64,000 nt of DNA from Macrostomum lignano (lineage: Eukaryota). The notes under the pieces are model-generated. The model did no database searches. It had not been told where the DNA came from and saw only the letters and a program-made list of their open reading frames with translations. Numbering within the stretch: the first letter of the stretch is position 1; each line of letters starts with the position of its first letter. The translations under genes and the position numbers were made by a program. The DNA is taken from the NCBI GenBank assembly GCA_002269645.1, contig NIVC01000068.1, positions 496,001 to 560,000 on the forward strand, given 5' to 3'. Of this stretch, positions 22,501 to 33,816 are shown piece after piece.

Positions 22501-23949
22501 TCAGCCTCGCAGCCTTATCGCTTTGCAATTTTTTCATCCTATCTCATTTTGGCCTTTTCAATACATGTACGAGCGTAGATAAGAATTTTCAGAAACGTCT
22601 CTGGTCGATGGTACATATTTTTGCTGCTTTTAATTCAAGGAAGTATAAAAAGAGTGTTACGGAGATAAATTTTTATGCTGTCTTAATAGAATGATGACTG
22701 TCCAACTTGAATTAACGTTTTACAACTTTTAGCCGGAGACAATCGAGAGTGAAACAAGGAGCTGTCTAAATACTACTGGGCCGGTGGTTAAATTCGATGT
22801 TGGCTTCTCTTGGGGGGGGGGGGGTTTGTTCTTACTTCTGTCTTTAAAAGCCATCAGACAGTAAGAACAGTAAGGAACACTTTCAGACAGTACTTAGGCG
22901 CCTTCAGGAATCAGGGAAACGAGCGCTTCTGGCGCCAGCTTGGTCGCGGAGGTTGCGCAACAACAACAGGCTCCGGATCACGTGAATCACCGGCCCGGAA
23001 AGTTTCATCATCATCCGGACCGTCAACGGGTTCGTTTACTGTTTGCAGCCCGGTCCAGCTCAGGGTTCACGACGGTTTCCAGTGCTATGGGCACAGGAAG
23101 TGCACGACAAACTTGGAAGTAGGGCCTTCGGCAAGAGCCATTGTAACTGTCACATCCTTGATAGTAGGTAGTGACTGTGAGGATGTCCAGCAGTTGAGGC
23201 TTGCCCACTGTCGAGGCTTGATCAGCGAGAAAGGAGAAATTCGACGCAACAGCGTGTGTCCATAGTCACCTGGTGTCACCTGTTGAAGACTCAGAAGCTC
23301 TGCCTGGGTAAAGACCGGTGACAAACGAAGTCAGAGCTGATGCAGACACATGTGATCTACGTTCTGATGAATTTTGGAGACTTGGCAAGGCTGCACCGAG
23401 GCGCAGTGCTGATTGGCGCACAGGGGTGAACTGAATACACTGGCGCTTATGGGAAAAATCCGACCTTCTGACAGAATCGTCGAATATCTCGACGGTCCGG
23501 AGGGCTGACAACTTGATTCTTGCTTGAGACTTGATGCGCAAACTCCAACCTCCCCCCTTTGGTAGTTCGATGGGCGGAAAAATGGCTTGCGATGCGCGCA
23601 CTCGGGGCTTAGACATTCAAGCGCTTAAAAACGACTGTTGAATGGCTGAGTGGCTGGCTCGAAGGGGCGTCTCATTTCTCCTGCTAGCGTCCGCTTGCAC
23701 TTTTCTTCGCGCGCTATTTTCTCCTCCGGTGGGCTCTTGCATGGAGCTGTCAAATTCTCTTTCAAATTTCTAACTCTTATAAGACAGGCGAGGAGTCGCC
23801 CGCTCAGCAACTGCGCACATGCGAGGTACAAATTGGCGCACTCGCAACAGCTGTTGTTGCTGACCGCAGTCTGACTTGGCTATAGCTGGATTATAAAAAT
23901 AATTTTGCTTTGCCTGAAACTTTCTCTGAATTGAAACACAACTACGGAA

Positions 23950-24402
23950 ATGCTGACCAAGGAGCACACCGATCGCATTAGAGTGGACCTTAGTCGCACC
24001 GTGCCATCAAGGCTGGTGACGCTTGGTCCCGACGCATTTCCTGTGCTGACCGCGACGGGTGACGGGTCGGACTCCGATGCCTCCGTTATCGTTGCCGCCA
24101 GCAAGTACGGCAAAGGTCGGGCGGTTCACTTCGGACATGAAAAGTTCTTGGCTGAGGAGGCCGGCTGGGAGGCCGCACTGATGGCCTGCCTGGACTGGGG
24201 CCTGCGGAATGGACCGAGCGCTGGCACCGTCATCACCATCGGCACCGATGTCTCACTTAGGGATGGCCACCCGTTCTCTCTGGAGAGCGGCGGTGCGAAT
24301 TACAGGTGACAGACAGACAGGCAGGCAGGCAGACAGGCAGACAGACAGGCAGGCAGGCAGACAGACAGACAGACAGACAGACAGGCAGACAGACAGACAG
24401 GC

Positions 24403-24434
<32 letters not shown>

Positions 24435-24486
24435 GGACAGACAGACAGGCAGACAGACAGGCAGACAGACAGGCAGACAGACAGGC

Positions 24487-24530
<44 letters not shown>

Positions 24531-27500
24531 TGACAGACAGACAATCCGAAATTGCAGTCTAGAACTCGTGAAGATGTCCCGTGCTGAGCTGTCAATCAAT
24601 CGCTGTCAGCTGTTCGTCACTTCGAGTTACAGCGCCTCAAACTCAGACCAAATTCTGAGCTTCGTTGCCAGCGGAGGCTGCCTGCTGAGCGGCGGTCACG
24701 CCTGGTACTGGGGCTACTCGAATCCGGGAAAGTCGGCTCTGAGCGACTTTCCAGGAAACCGCTGGCTGTGCCCGCTGGGTCTGGCCGTCACCTCCGTGTC
24801 CGCCAACCACTGCGACACCCTGCGGCCCGCTCAGAACGACGCTGGTGGACTCGTTGCCATGCTGACTGCGGCGACATTAGAGCCGGGTCTTGATGATGCC
24901 GCAGCAGCCGCTTTGAAGTTTGCTGGTGATCAGGTCAGATTATGGGAATGTGAAGCCTATGGGAATGTGAAGCCTATGGGAATGTGAAGCCTATGGGAAT
25001 GTGAACCTTATGGGAATGTGAAGCCTATGGGAATGTGAAGCCTATGGGAATGTGAAGCCTATGGGAATGTGAAGCCTATTGGAATGTGAAGCCTATGGGA
25101 ATGTGAAGCCTATGGGAATGTGAACCTTATGGGAATGTGAAGCCTATGGGAATGTGAAGCCTATGGGAATGTGAAGCCTATGGGAATGTGAACCTTATGG
25201 GAATGTGAAGCCTATGGGCATGTGAAGCCTATGGGAATGTGAAGCCTATTGGAATGTGAAGCCTATGGGAATGTGAAGCCTATGGGAATGTGAACCTTAT
25301 GGGAATGTGAAGCCTATGGGAATGTGAAGCCTATGGGAATGTGAACCTTATGGGAATGTGAAGCCTATGGGAATGTGAAGCCTATGGGAATGTGAAGCCT
25401 ATGGGAATGTGAAGCCTATGGGAATGTGAACCTTATGGGAATGTGAAGCCTATGGGAATGTGAAGCCTATAGGAATGTGAAGCCTATGGGAATGTGAAGC
25501 CTATGGGAATGTGAAGCCTATGGGAATGTGAAGCCTATGGGAATGTGAAGCCTATGGGAATGTGAACCTTATGGGAATGTGAAGCCTATGGGAATGTGAA
25601 GCCTATGGGAATGTGAAGCCTATGGGAATGTGAAGCCTATGGGAATGTGAAGCCTATGGGAATGTGAAGCCTATGGGAATGTGAAGCTTATGAGATCTTT
25701 GTTCTCTGTCACCAATGAAACAGGTCTTTGTCAGAGAGACCATTGGTCTACCAAGCTTTGACGCGGCCTGGAAGGCACTGAGAGACAGCGCATTCTCAGC
25801 TGGTGTCAGCACAATCTCCAAGCTTTTAGCAGTTGGAGTAGACTTGAGTCTGTGGCTTGTTCCACTGCTACTTCGCGAGAATCTGAATGTAAGTTATGAG
25901 TATTGATTTGGTTGTGTTCTGCATTTCAAATAGTTCTCAATAGAAGCAGAATGTCATTAAACTGGATTTTCCTAGAAACCAGCTGCTAGAAGCCACTGAG
26001 GAAAGTTTATTTGTTGTATCGCTAGTGCGTTTAGAACAGAAGACAAGGGCACAAGACAAGGACAGAAGACAAGGGCAGAAGACAAGGACAGAAGACAAGG
26101 GCAGAAGACAAGGGCAGAAGACAAGGACAGAAGACAAGGAGAGAAGACAAGGACAAAAGACAAGGACAGAAGACAAAGACACAAGACAAGGACTGAACAC
26201 AAGGGCAGAAAACAAAGACAGAAGACAAGGAGAGAAGACAAGGACAGAAGACAAGGACAGAAGACAAAGACACAAGACAAGGACTGAACACAAGGGCAGA
26301 AAACAAAGACAGAAGACAGGGACATCCTTCGTTGGCTGGTCGAAAAATGATTTTGAGGATAACAGATACCACCTATCACTTAAATTTTGGTATACTGCTT
26401 TCAATCCATAAAATCACAAAAAAATTCATTTTCAGTCTCCACCCGGTGCACAGCTCATCCGCTGTCCTGCGCCGGATTCCTTTCCCGGCGAGTTGCTGGA
26501 GGCCAGCGGCGCAGAGAGCTCGCTAACCATTGAAACTGTGGTCGATGCGACCTACTCTGGTCTGCACAAGTATTATCAATATGCAGCGGCTGGAGCGCCT
26601 GTTTGGCGCCAAACTGGCGCCTATGCGCCACCTGGAAGCCTCGTGGAGCTTACCGTGGCGCCATCAATGGCAAACAAAGGCCTTCAGATGCTGATTGGCT
26701 GTCACACGGATATTGTGCCGCTGGGAAAGCAGCGACCGCCTCGAATTCATTGTTTGTTTCCGATTAGTGCTGCGCAGACGCGAGGGTACAATCCGTACGG
26801 AGGCATTGTCTACGTGTTGGTGAGCACTCGTAGAATGAGGTGGTTGTAGTCTTGAAAATGAATAGGCTGAAAATGTGTACGCAGAGGCTATTTTTAGATT
26901 TTAGGAACAAAGACGTACAATCGCAGTTTGTACACTTGGTCTATTTTTAGCCCTGAACAAGCTTCCTCCAAACTTCCTCCTGTACCCCATATTTTAAGCT
27001 ATTTTTAGCTACACTGTAGTGTACACCGTGAATCCCTCAATGTACACTCACACAGCTCGTCGAATGCTATTTTTAGATTCCGCCAGGCAGCAGTCTGGGG
27101 AAGCACGAAATTCAAGTACGCGGCTGCGTGCCCTATCCCGTGTACAACCTGCTTTCTACCCTGGAAGAAAGTGACAAGCAGGCAGCTGCCGCTGCCGATG
27201 TCGAGTCGTCTCCTGAGTCTCTCTGGCTAGACGAGCTGCGGACAACCCGGGCTCCGATGTTCGAACTGCGCGTTCCAGGCCAGTTAGTGATCGCGGCGCC
27301 AACCGAAATTGGTCGGCGTAGGTTGATGCTTCAGGGCCCGGCTGGACTGGTGAGATTAGCCCGCCTATGGCTAAAGATTATGATCGCCATCAACGAGTTC
27401 CACGGTGTCTGCAGCGGCGGAGAGGAACGACCGAGGGAGGAGCGAATAGTGCTGGATAAAGCCATTTCAACTGGTAAAAGGCGCTGGTTAACAGTTACGT

Positions 27501-29479
27501 GTACAAGTACATGTAGGACGCAACACGTACGCTTAGATCATGCGAATTTCACTGAAGCTCGACTTACTACTCCAGAATTCGTAATGAACTTTTTATTTGT
27601 CGAATCAATGGTGCATTTAGTATTTTCTCGAGAAATCGACTTTTTCCATAGACCGAATTTGTCTATGGCCAAACCCCATTCAGCGCTACGCGTTCTCGAG
27701 GGTGTACTGAATACAGTGGCGACGCGACAAATATGCGGTTCCTTACTGGCATTCAACTCATTTCTAAGAAAAGCGATGGGTGGCATCCTATTACATGTAC
27801 TTCAGTTGTGCCAGTGGGGCTTTGTTGGATTTTTTGTGTACATTTACGAGCGTCGTAGGTACGTAAATGTTTTTTTTGCTAAAAATGATACACGTAGGAA
27901 AAGACTCGATCAAAATTACAGGGAAATTGATGGTTTGAACTGATATCTTTGAATATCTTTCCGGGAATTTGCTGGATGGAACCTTCAGAGGAACATTTGT
28001 GGTATTGAAAAGACTTTGTTGAAACAATATTTTAGGCTCAATGCACTCTGGATATCCCATCATGGGCTATTTGGACTATGACGAGTGCTTGCTATCGGTG
28101 GACAAGGTTCTCAACAAAGGATCCTGGGGCCCGATCCATGAGCTGTGCCACAACCATCAGTGGCGCCTGAGCGAATTTAGCGGCACAGTGGAGGCGTCCA
28201 ACAATTTGCCAAATGTATTCGTGCACGATACGGTACGTTCGTCAGCCTTGAGCAATAAATTCCGTCTTTTGGTTGGGCGCCCCTTGTCTCTTGGTTGGCG
28301 TCCCTGTCTTTTGGTTGGGTGCCCCTGTCTTTTGGTTGGCGCCCCTGTCTTTTGTTTGGTGCCCCTGTCTTTTGGTTGGCGCCCCTGTCTCTTGGTTGGC
28401 GCCCCTGTCTCTTGGTTGGCGCCCCTGTCTTTTGGTTGGGCGCCCCTGTCTTTTGGTTGGCGCCCCTGTCTTTTGGTTGGGCGCCCCTGTCTTTTGGTTG
28501 GGCGCCCCTGTCTTTTGGTTGGCGCCCCTGTCTTTTGGTTGGGTGCCCCTGTCTTTTGGTTGGCGCCCCTGTCTTTTGTTTGGTGCCCCTGTCTTTTGGT
28601 TGGCGCCCCTGTCTTTTGGTTGGCGCCCCTGTCTTTTGGTTGGCGCCCCTGTCTTTTGGTTGGGCGCCCCTGTCTTTTGGTTGGCGCCCCTGTCTTTTGG
28701 TTGGGCGCCCCTGTCTTTTGGTTGGGCGTCCCTGTCTCTTGGTTGGGCGCCCCTGTGCCTTGGTGGGCGTCCTTGTCTCTTGTTGGACTCCCCTGTCTCT
28801 TGGTGGGCGCCCATGGCCTTAGCGGATCCGTATAGAAGTTCTGCTCAGCCAGCTAAACGTAAAGTCTAGTATAGCATTATAACACGAAGATTAACTAGCT
28901 GACAATGGCTTGCTCCGTTGATCCCTGAGCACGCATACTCACACAGGGTGGTACAGCGGCCCTGAGTCTCTCATCGTTAGGTATATACACGTACTCTGTG
29001 CATTTCTGGGGCTGATCGCTACCCTGCCATGCCCCCAAAGCAGAGGACCGCTTGGAAGTGTCCCTTTATAGAGTTCTTTCAATGGCTTTCAGATTCTACG
29101 CGTGTCCCGCTCTTGCCATCCAAGCCTGGCGCCTGAATCACGCCAGTCCCAGCGCCAGGCTTATATCGCGGCCGGAAAGCGATTCGACGCCGACTGGAAC
29201 GTCTGGGTAGCGCTGGACACTTTTCTGCAACTGCAGGAGACCTTCGGCTGGGAGCCGTTTAAAGCATTGAATCGAACGTATCGAACCGAGGAGGCGCTGA
29301 CGCATTTGGCTGACGGCAGCGACCAGTCCAGGATCGATGCATATTTGAAGCTGCTGTCGGTCCAAGTGTCGCTCAACTTAACGCCATTCTTTCTTGCCTG
29401 GGGCTTCCCGATCTCGGAGGCTGTGCAGGCGGAGCTGAGCAGCCTGCCTGAATGGAGGGACCATCCGATGTCTGGATAA
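23950..29479 (+). CDS. TCAF: TCAF/FAM115-like M60-type zinc metallopeptidase, about 753 aa. Exons 23950-24305, 24558-24933, 25724-25888, 26436-26819, 27077-27473, 28036-28232, 29093-29479
   Basis: Seven exons, 2262 nt in frame. Motifs YGKGRAVHFGHE, GGCLLSGGHAWYW, DSFPG, WRQTGAYAPPG, NPYGGIVY, PMFEL, ERIVLDKAISTGSMHSGYPIM, WGPIHELCHNHQ, VEASNNL, WNVWVALDTFLQLQETFGWEPF, NLTPFFLAWGFPI. Confidence 0.9.
24307..24542. repeat. (GACA/GGCA)n microsatellite, intronic
   Basis: Starts at the TCAF donor 24306. Confidence 0.95.
24941..25692. repeat. Intronic minisatellite, 17-nt GGGAATGTGAAGCCTAT
   Basis: Fills TCAF intron 24934-25723. Confidence 0.95.
26037..26318. repeat. Intronic array, ~13-nt AGAAGACAAGGAC
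   Basis: TCAF intron 25889-26435. Confidence 0.9.
28263..28810. repeat. Intronic minisatellite, ~20-nt GGTTGGCGCCCCTGTCTTTT
   Basis: TCAF intron 28233-29092; reverse complement of the opsin-intron unit. Confidence 0.93.
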
Positions 29480-31061
29480 GTGTGCGTGGAGAAGATGAAT
29501 TGAGTCATTGGGGCGAAGTAAATAAACAAACATAAATTACCGTTATATTATTTGGTGTTAGAAGACGTAATATATTTATTAACAATTTAAACGGCTTCGT
29601 AATATCCCGAATAATTCCAAATATTTAATCCCCCAATAAATTTTACGCGCCTACATGTATGTCTCAAATATTGATTTATGTCAATTATGTCATGACACAA
29701 AATAATCATAGCAGTAGCAATACTTTCAAAAAAAGTTACCGTAGAGAGCTCTAGTTGGGACCTGCAGTTCGCCATCCCCTGCAGCATCTCGAACCCATCT
29801 GAGAGGAAAGACATTAAAATGGTGTTAACTATTGTTGTACTCTGCACACCACTTCTTGGCACGTTGATTTTAACTCCCGTGTACATTGTATCATAGATGT
29901 ACACTTATTCTAAAGCAATCGATTACAGAGCTTTGAGCTCAAATATATAATTGCACCCCACGCCCAAGTCGGGGCCGTAAGCTTATGGTTCATCTAAACT
30001 TCTGTCTCTCGCGTCAGTCACTACACCTATCCACCCTTGGGATCCTGCAGGACTTAGGACGGAATCGAATTAGTAGTGTATAATGTCGCTCACCATCTAA
30101 AAGATGCCCCATGCAAAAGTCTTCGTTTCCAGCACTGACTCTGGACTGTCCTTGTATGCCTCGCATAGAGTCCCTTAATCAGCCGTTTCTAGTACAGTTG
30201 GGGTCAAGACCTTCGTCTATTACAGACTCCTTAATGGGAGTTTTTACCGGTTGTACTCCTGCAGGTGACTTGTGGCGGCCACGCCTCTAGTGTACCTTCA
30301 AACAGCCCGGACCTGCTGTCTAGATAATGGGATAAAAAATTGTTTTAAAAATGAATAAATCTTGCCAGTTACAAAGCTTTTTCAAAGCTAGATTTAAGCA
30401 ACAAAGACTTGACATGTGTCCATTGAGTGGTAGTGATAGTAAAGACAAATGTTAAGATGAATGTTTTCATTTTCAATAGAGAGAAGAGGCAAGAGAATAG
30501 TAAAAAGAGAAGAGAAGGGAAGAAAGTGAGAAAGCAGTCAAAAGGCAATCAAGTTGATAGGCATTGAATACCTCAGATGCATTTTGCATTGCCTATAGGA
30601 CAGAAAACTTCATAGTTTGCATTCCTACAGTTATAGTAGCTATCATTTACAGATCCGAATGCTATCTTGTGGTGCTATCTGGTGGTATATTGCAACCACT
30701 AAAAGAAAGTAAACACCACACCCCAAGGGAAGGGAAGGCGGACGCGAGTGTTTGCGAGTATCGAGTACAGTGCGAGTGGATACGACGGTCCAAAATCCGA
30801 AAAATGATGGGAAAATAGTGAAAGTGAAACGGGGGGGCACGCAGAATGCTGGGACACGCTTGCAAGCAAAATAAAATAAACAGTCATTAAAACAGAACTT
30901 AATCGATAAAACAACAGTCATCATTGCAAGAAGAAGATAAAATACTAAATAAAAAAAGTGCACGAGTTGAGAAGAAAAAAATCCAAACATTTGAGTCCAA
31001 GCCAGAGGAAAAAGAAAGCAGACAGCACACCAGCTTGAACCCAGTGCAGGCAAATGAAAAA

Positions 31062-32070
31062 TTATAGACATTGAGACAGTTTGCGAACAGCCGCCAGCTG
31101 GAGGTCGAAGCCCTTCTCCAGCCCCAGGTACACCTCAACCGCCGAGCTCCGCCAGTCGACCAGGGCCTTGACGAGCGGCAGCGGCACACCGGCGCGCAAG
31201 GCCAGCGAGGCGCCGCCGCGTCGAAGGCTGTGAGGAGACAGAGACCGGTCTGCCAGGCCGGCACGGTGGACGACGTGCTGAAACAGGCGACAGACCCGGG
31301 TGCCGGTCAGAGGCGTCAGGCCGCCGCTGCTTCGGTAGGCGAAGAGGTGGGCAGCAGCGGCGCGGTCGGGCTGGTTGATGCGCAGGTGGTGAAGCAGCGC
31401 TGCCACCGGGCAGAGCGGGTGCTGCGCCGCGTGCCGGAGGCGCGGCAGGACAACGCGGTGCACTCGCTGGCGGTACTGGTTCGTCTTGGAGCGCCGAATG
31501 TGCAGGATGGCCAGATCCGGTGATACTTGCAGGTCGCCGCAGGTGACCGCCTCGCCGGCTGGTGGGAACGGTTTCGAGCAGCACAGATTGGCGCGGCGCA
31601 GGAGGCCCCAGAATCCGATCAGGACCGCCGCCCAGAAGGCTGCATCTTGAGGCTGCTGCAGACGCAGGGTTCCTCGCAGTTTGAGGAGGTCACCCGGAGT
31701 GATGGGCTCCTTGCGCGCCGGCGGCTTGGCGAGTTTGCGCTGCACACCGCGGAGGAGCAGGTCGATGCGGGGGTCGCGAGGAAGGCCGCGGCCGGTCTTG
31801 AGCTTGCAGTGCAGGCCCGCGGCGTTAATGTACGCACCGACGCTGGCATGCGAGGAGAGGCGGTCGGACAGCGCGATGATGTAGTGCGCGACCTGCTGCA
31901 GAGACGGTCTGGTGCTGTCGATGCGCATCTGCTTGCAGAACCGCTTCCAGGAGTCAATCTGGCAGCGGTAAGAGCGCGCGGTTGTCTCAGCAAAGGCCAG
32001 GTGGCAGAGCTCGCGGTAGCGCTTGCTGAAGTTCGCGCTCGGGACTTGAGGCGGGCGATCTGCAGGGCGA
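31062..32070 (-). CDS. Tyrosine recombinase (YR) of the retrotransposon
   Basis: Open from about 32070 (first ATG at 31928): LAFAETTARSYRCQIDSWKRFC, GFWGLLRRANL (catalytic R), IRRSKTNQY (K), CPVAAL, HSLRRGGA (HxxR), DWRSSAVEVYL (W, Y). Confidence 0.93.
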
Positions 32071-33816
32071 GAAATTCACAGGTGGCTGACGAGAGGGTGT
32101 GCTCTCTAAGGTTGCTAAGGTCAGGGTGAACAGAGCCAAAGAGCCGGAGCAGGAAGTTTGTCAGCTCGCTGATGTCATCGGCTCGGCTGCCACTATCAGC
32201 AAAGATCTGGAATGTCCCAGGGACGTGGAAGTCCTGGACGGAGAGGTCGCGGTGCGCAGCGAGGAGCATCAACTGTGGCAGAGCCGAGTTGACGACCCGA
32301 TTTGGTGAGGAGCCCTTGTTGATGGCGCCGACTGCGGCGGTGCTGTCAGAGTAGATCACAAGTTGGCTGCCCGGTTGCAGCTGCTGCTGGAAATGCAGGG
32401 CCGTAAGCACTGGCGCGAGACTTTCCTTGAAGTTGATGTGCAGCGGCTCGATCTCGGTTGAGTCGCGGTGCCAGTCCATGATGAGCCAGCTGGTGGTGTC
32501 TGGGCCGCGGATGATGCCGCAGCCGCCCCAGTTGGACGCGTCGGACTCGATGGCCCAGCTGGGCCCACGGGAACGCCAGATTTTGCAGCTGGGGGAGGCG
32601 GCCAGGCAGGCGTCCCACCAGCTAAGGATCTCGCGGAGATCATTGTGCACGCGCAGTTTGTGCCGCTGCTGCTTCAGGTAGCTGAGCTCGAGCAGGAGTG
32701 GTCTCAGGAAGCACCTCCCGATGCGGACCACCTGGCAGACCCAGTTGATGCGGCCACAGAGCGATTGGAGTTGGCGCTTGGTGATGCGCTTGCGAGAGAG
32801 CGCGGACTGCAGCTGAGACTTGGTGGCGTCGAGCTTGTCCTTCGGAAGCTCCAGCAGGCCGCTGACGGTGTCGATGAGGACGCCCAGGTAGACCAGTCTG
32901 GTGCACGGCGCCACCACCTTGCTCCAGTTGATGGAGAAGCCAAGCTTCCGCAGCAGGTTGAGCAGGGTGTCGAGAGCGAGCTGGCAGTCGTCCTTGCTGG
33001 GGGCTGCTATGGCGAAGTCGTCGACATAGCTGCCGATATCGTTGAAGCCCCGTCTCTGCATCATGCGCTTGACGGCTTGGCTCAGGCGGTGGAAAACTTC
33101 CACGGAGGCAGCAGCGCCAAAGGGGAGCCGCGTGTCGCAGATGTACGAATCGCTGCGCTGGTCGCTGAATTTCCACTTCAAGCCGGTGAGCCGAAAATCG
33201 TGCAGGCTGATGCCGACACTCCGGTAGGCATTGGCGAGGTCGACTTTGGCCATGAACCAACCGGGTTGCAGCTTGGCGGTGAAGTGACTGACGGTCTCGA
33301 ACTTGATTCGGTAGTCGGAAGAAATCGGCTGTTTAGGGAGAGACCCGGAGGGTTAGAGCAGTCGTGGATGAGTCGAATCTTGTTGTTGCCCTTCGGAATG
33401 GCGCCAAGGGCGCTGATGACCTCCGGTTTGTCACTGACTTGAACGTAGCGGCCATTAAGGATTTCCTCTCGTACCTGCTGCTCGACCAGCTGCCGGTAAC
33501 TGTTGACTGATAGGTAGTTCTGGATTTCTGACATGGTTGAGGCTCTTTCTGACGGGTCAGGGCAGGTGAGTTGGAAGCCGTTGCGGGTGCCATTCAGCAG
33601 GAATTCGCGATCAGGATCGTCAGTCAGCTCAGTTTCCCAGGCGGCTGTGGCGAGGTCGGATGAGAAAGCGACGGACTCGAGGGGCTTGGGACAGGGCCAG
33701 CCGGGGGGCAGCGGGGGTTCGACTTTGGCTTCCGCCGGGGCAGCTGCGCTGCCAGTTGAGCCCCCCAGCCGGCCGCGATCTAGTTTTTTGAAGTGCAGAA
33801 CTGGCGCGGGTGCGCC
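31619..33816 (-). CDS. Reverse transcriptase/RNase H (pol) of the YR retrotransposon, with a 1-nt frameshift near 33326
   Basis: Frame opens after a TGA near 33817: AWETELTDDPDREFLLNGTRNGF, ISALGAIPKGNNKIRLIHDCS, then (shifted) AKVDLANAYR, DTRLPFGAAASVEVF, YVDDF, NWSKVVAP, YLGVLIDT. RH motifs IESDASNWG, HINFKES, YSDSTAAV. The 3' tail of this ORF overlaps YR. Confidence 0.9.
33695..33789 (-). promoter_or_regulatory. Putative -1 programmed ribosomal frameshift signal (gag to pol)
   Basis: A_AAA_AAC at 33789-33783 immediately before the gag UAG; pol is in the -1 frame; 8-nt spacer; 15-bp stem 33774-33760 / 33709-33695. Confidence 0.7.

Noticed and set aside
29940-30320. Possible 3' end of an RTE-type LINE
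   Set aside because: Only vague motif resemblance with several stops.
31527-33442. Long + strand ORFs (31527-32129, 32468-33442)
   Set aside because: Antisense shadows of the GC-rich RT/YR coding sequence.
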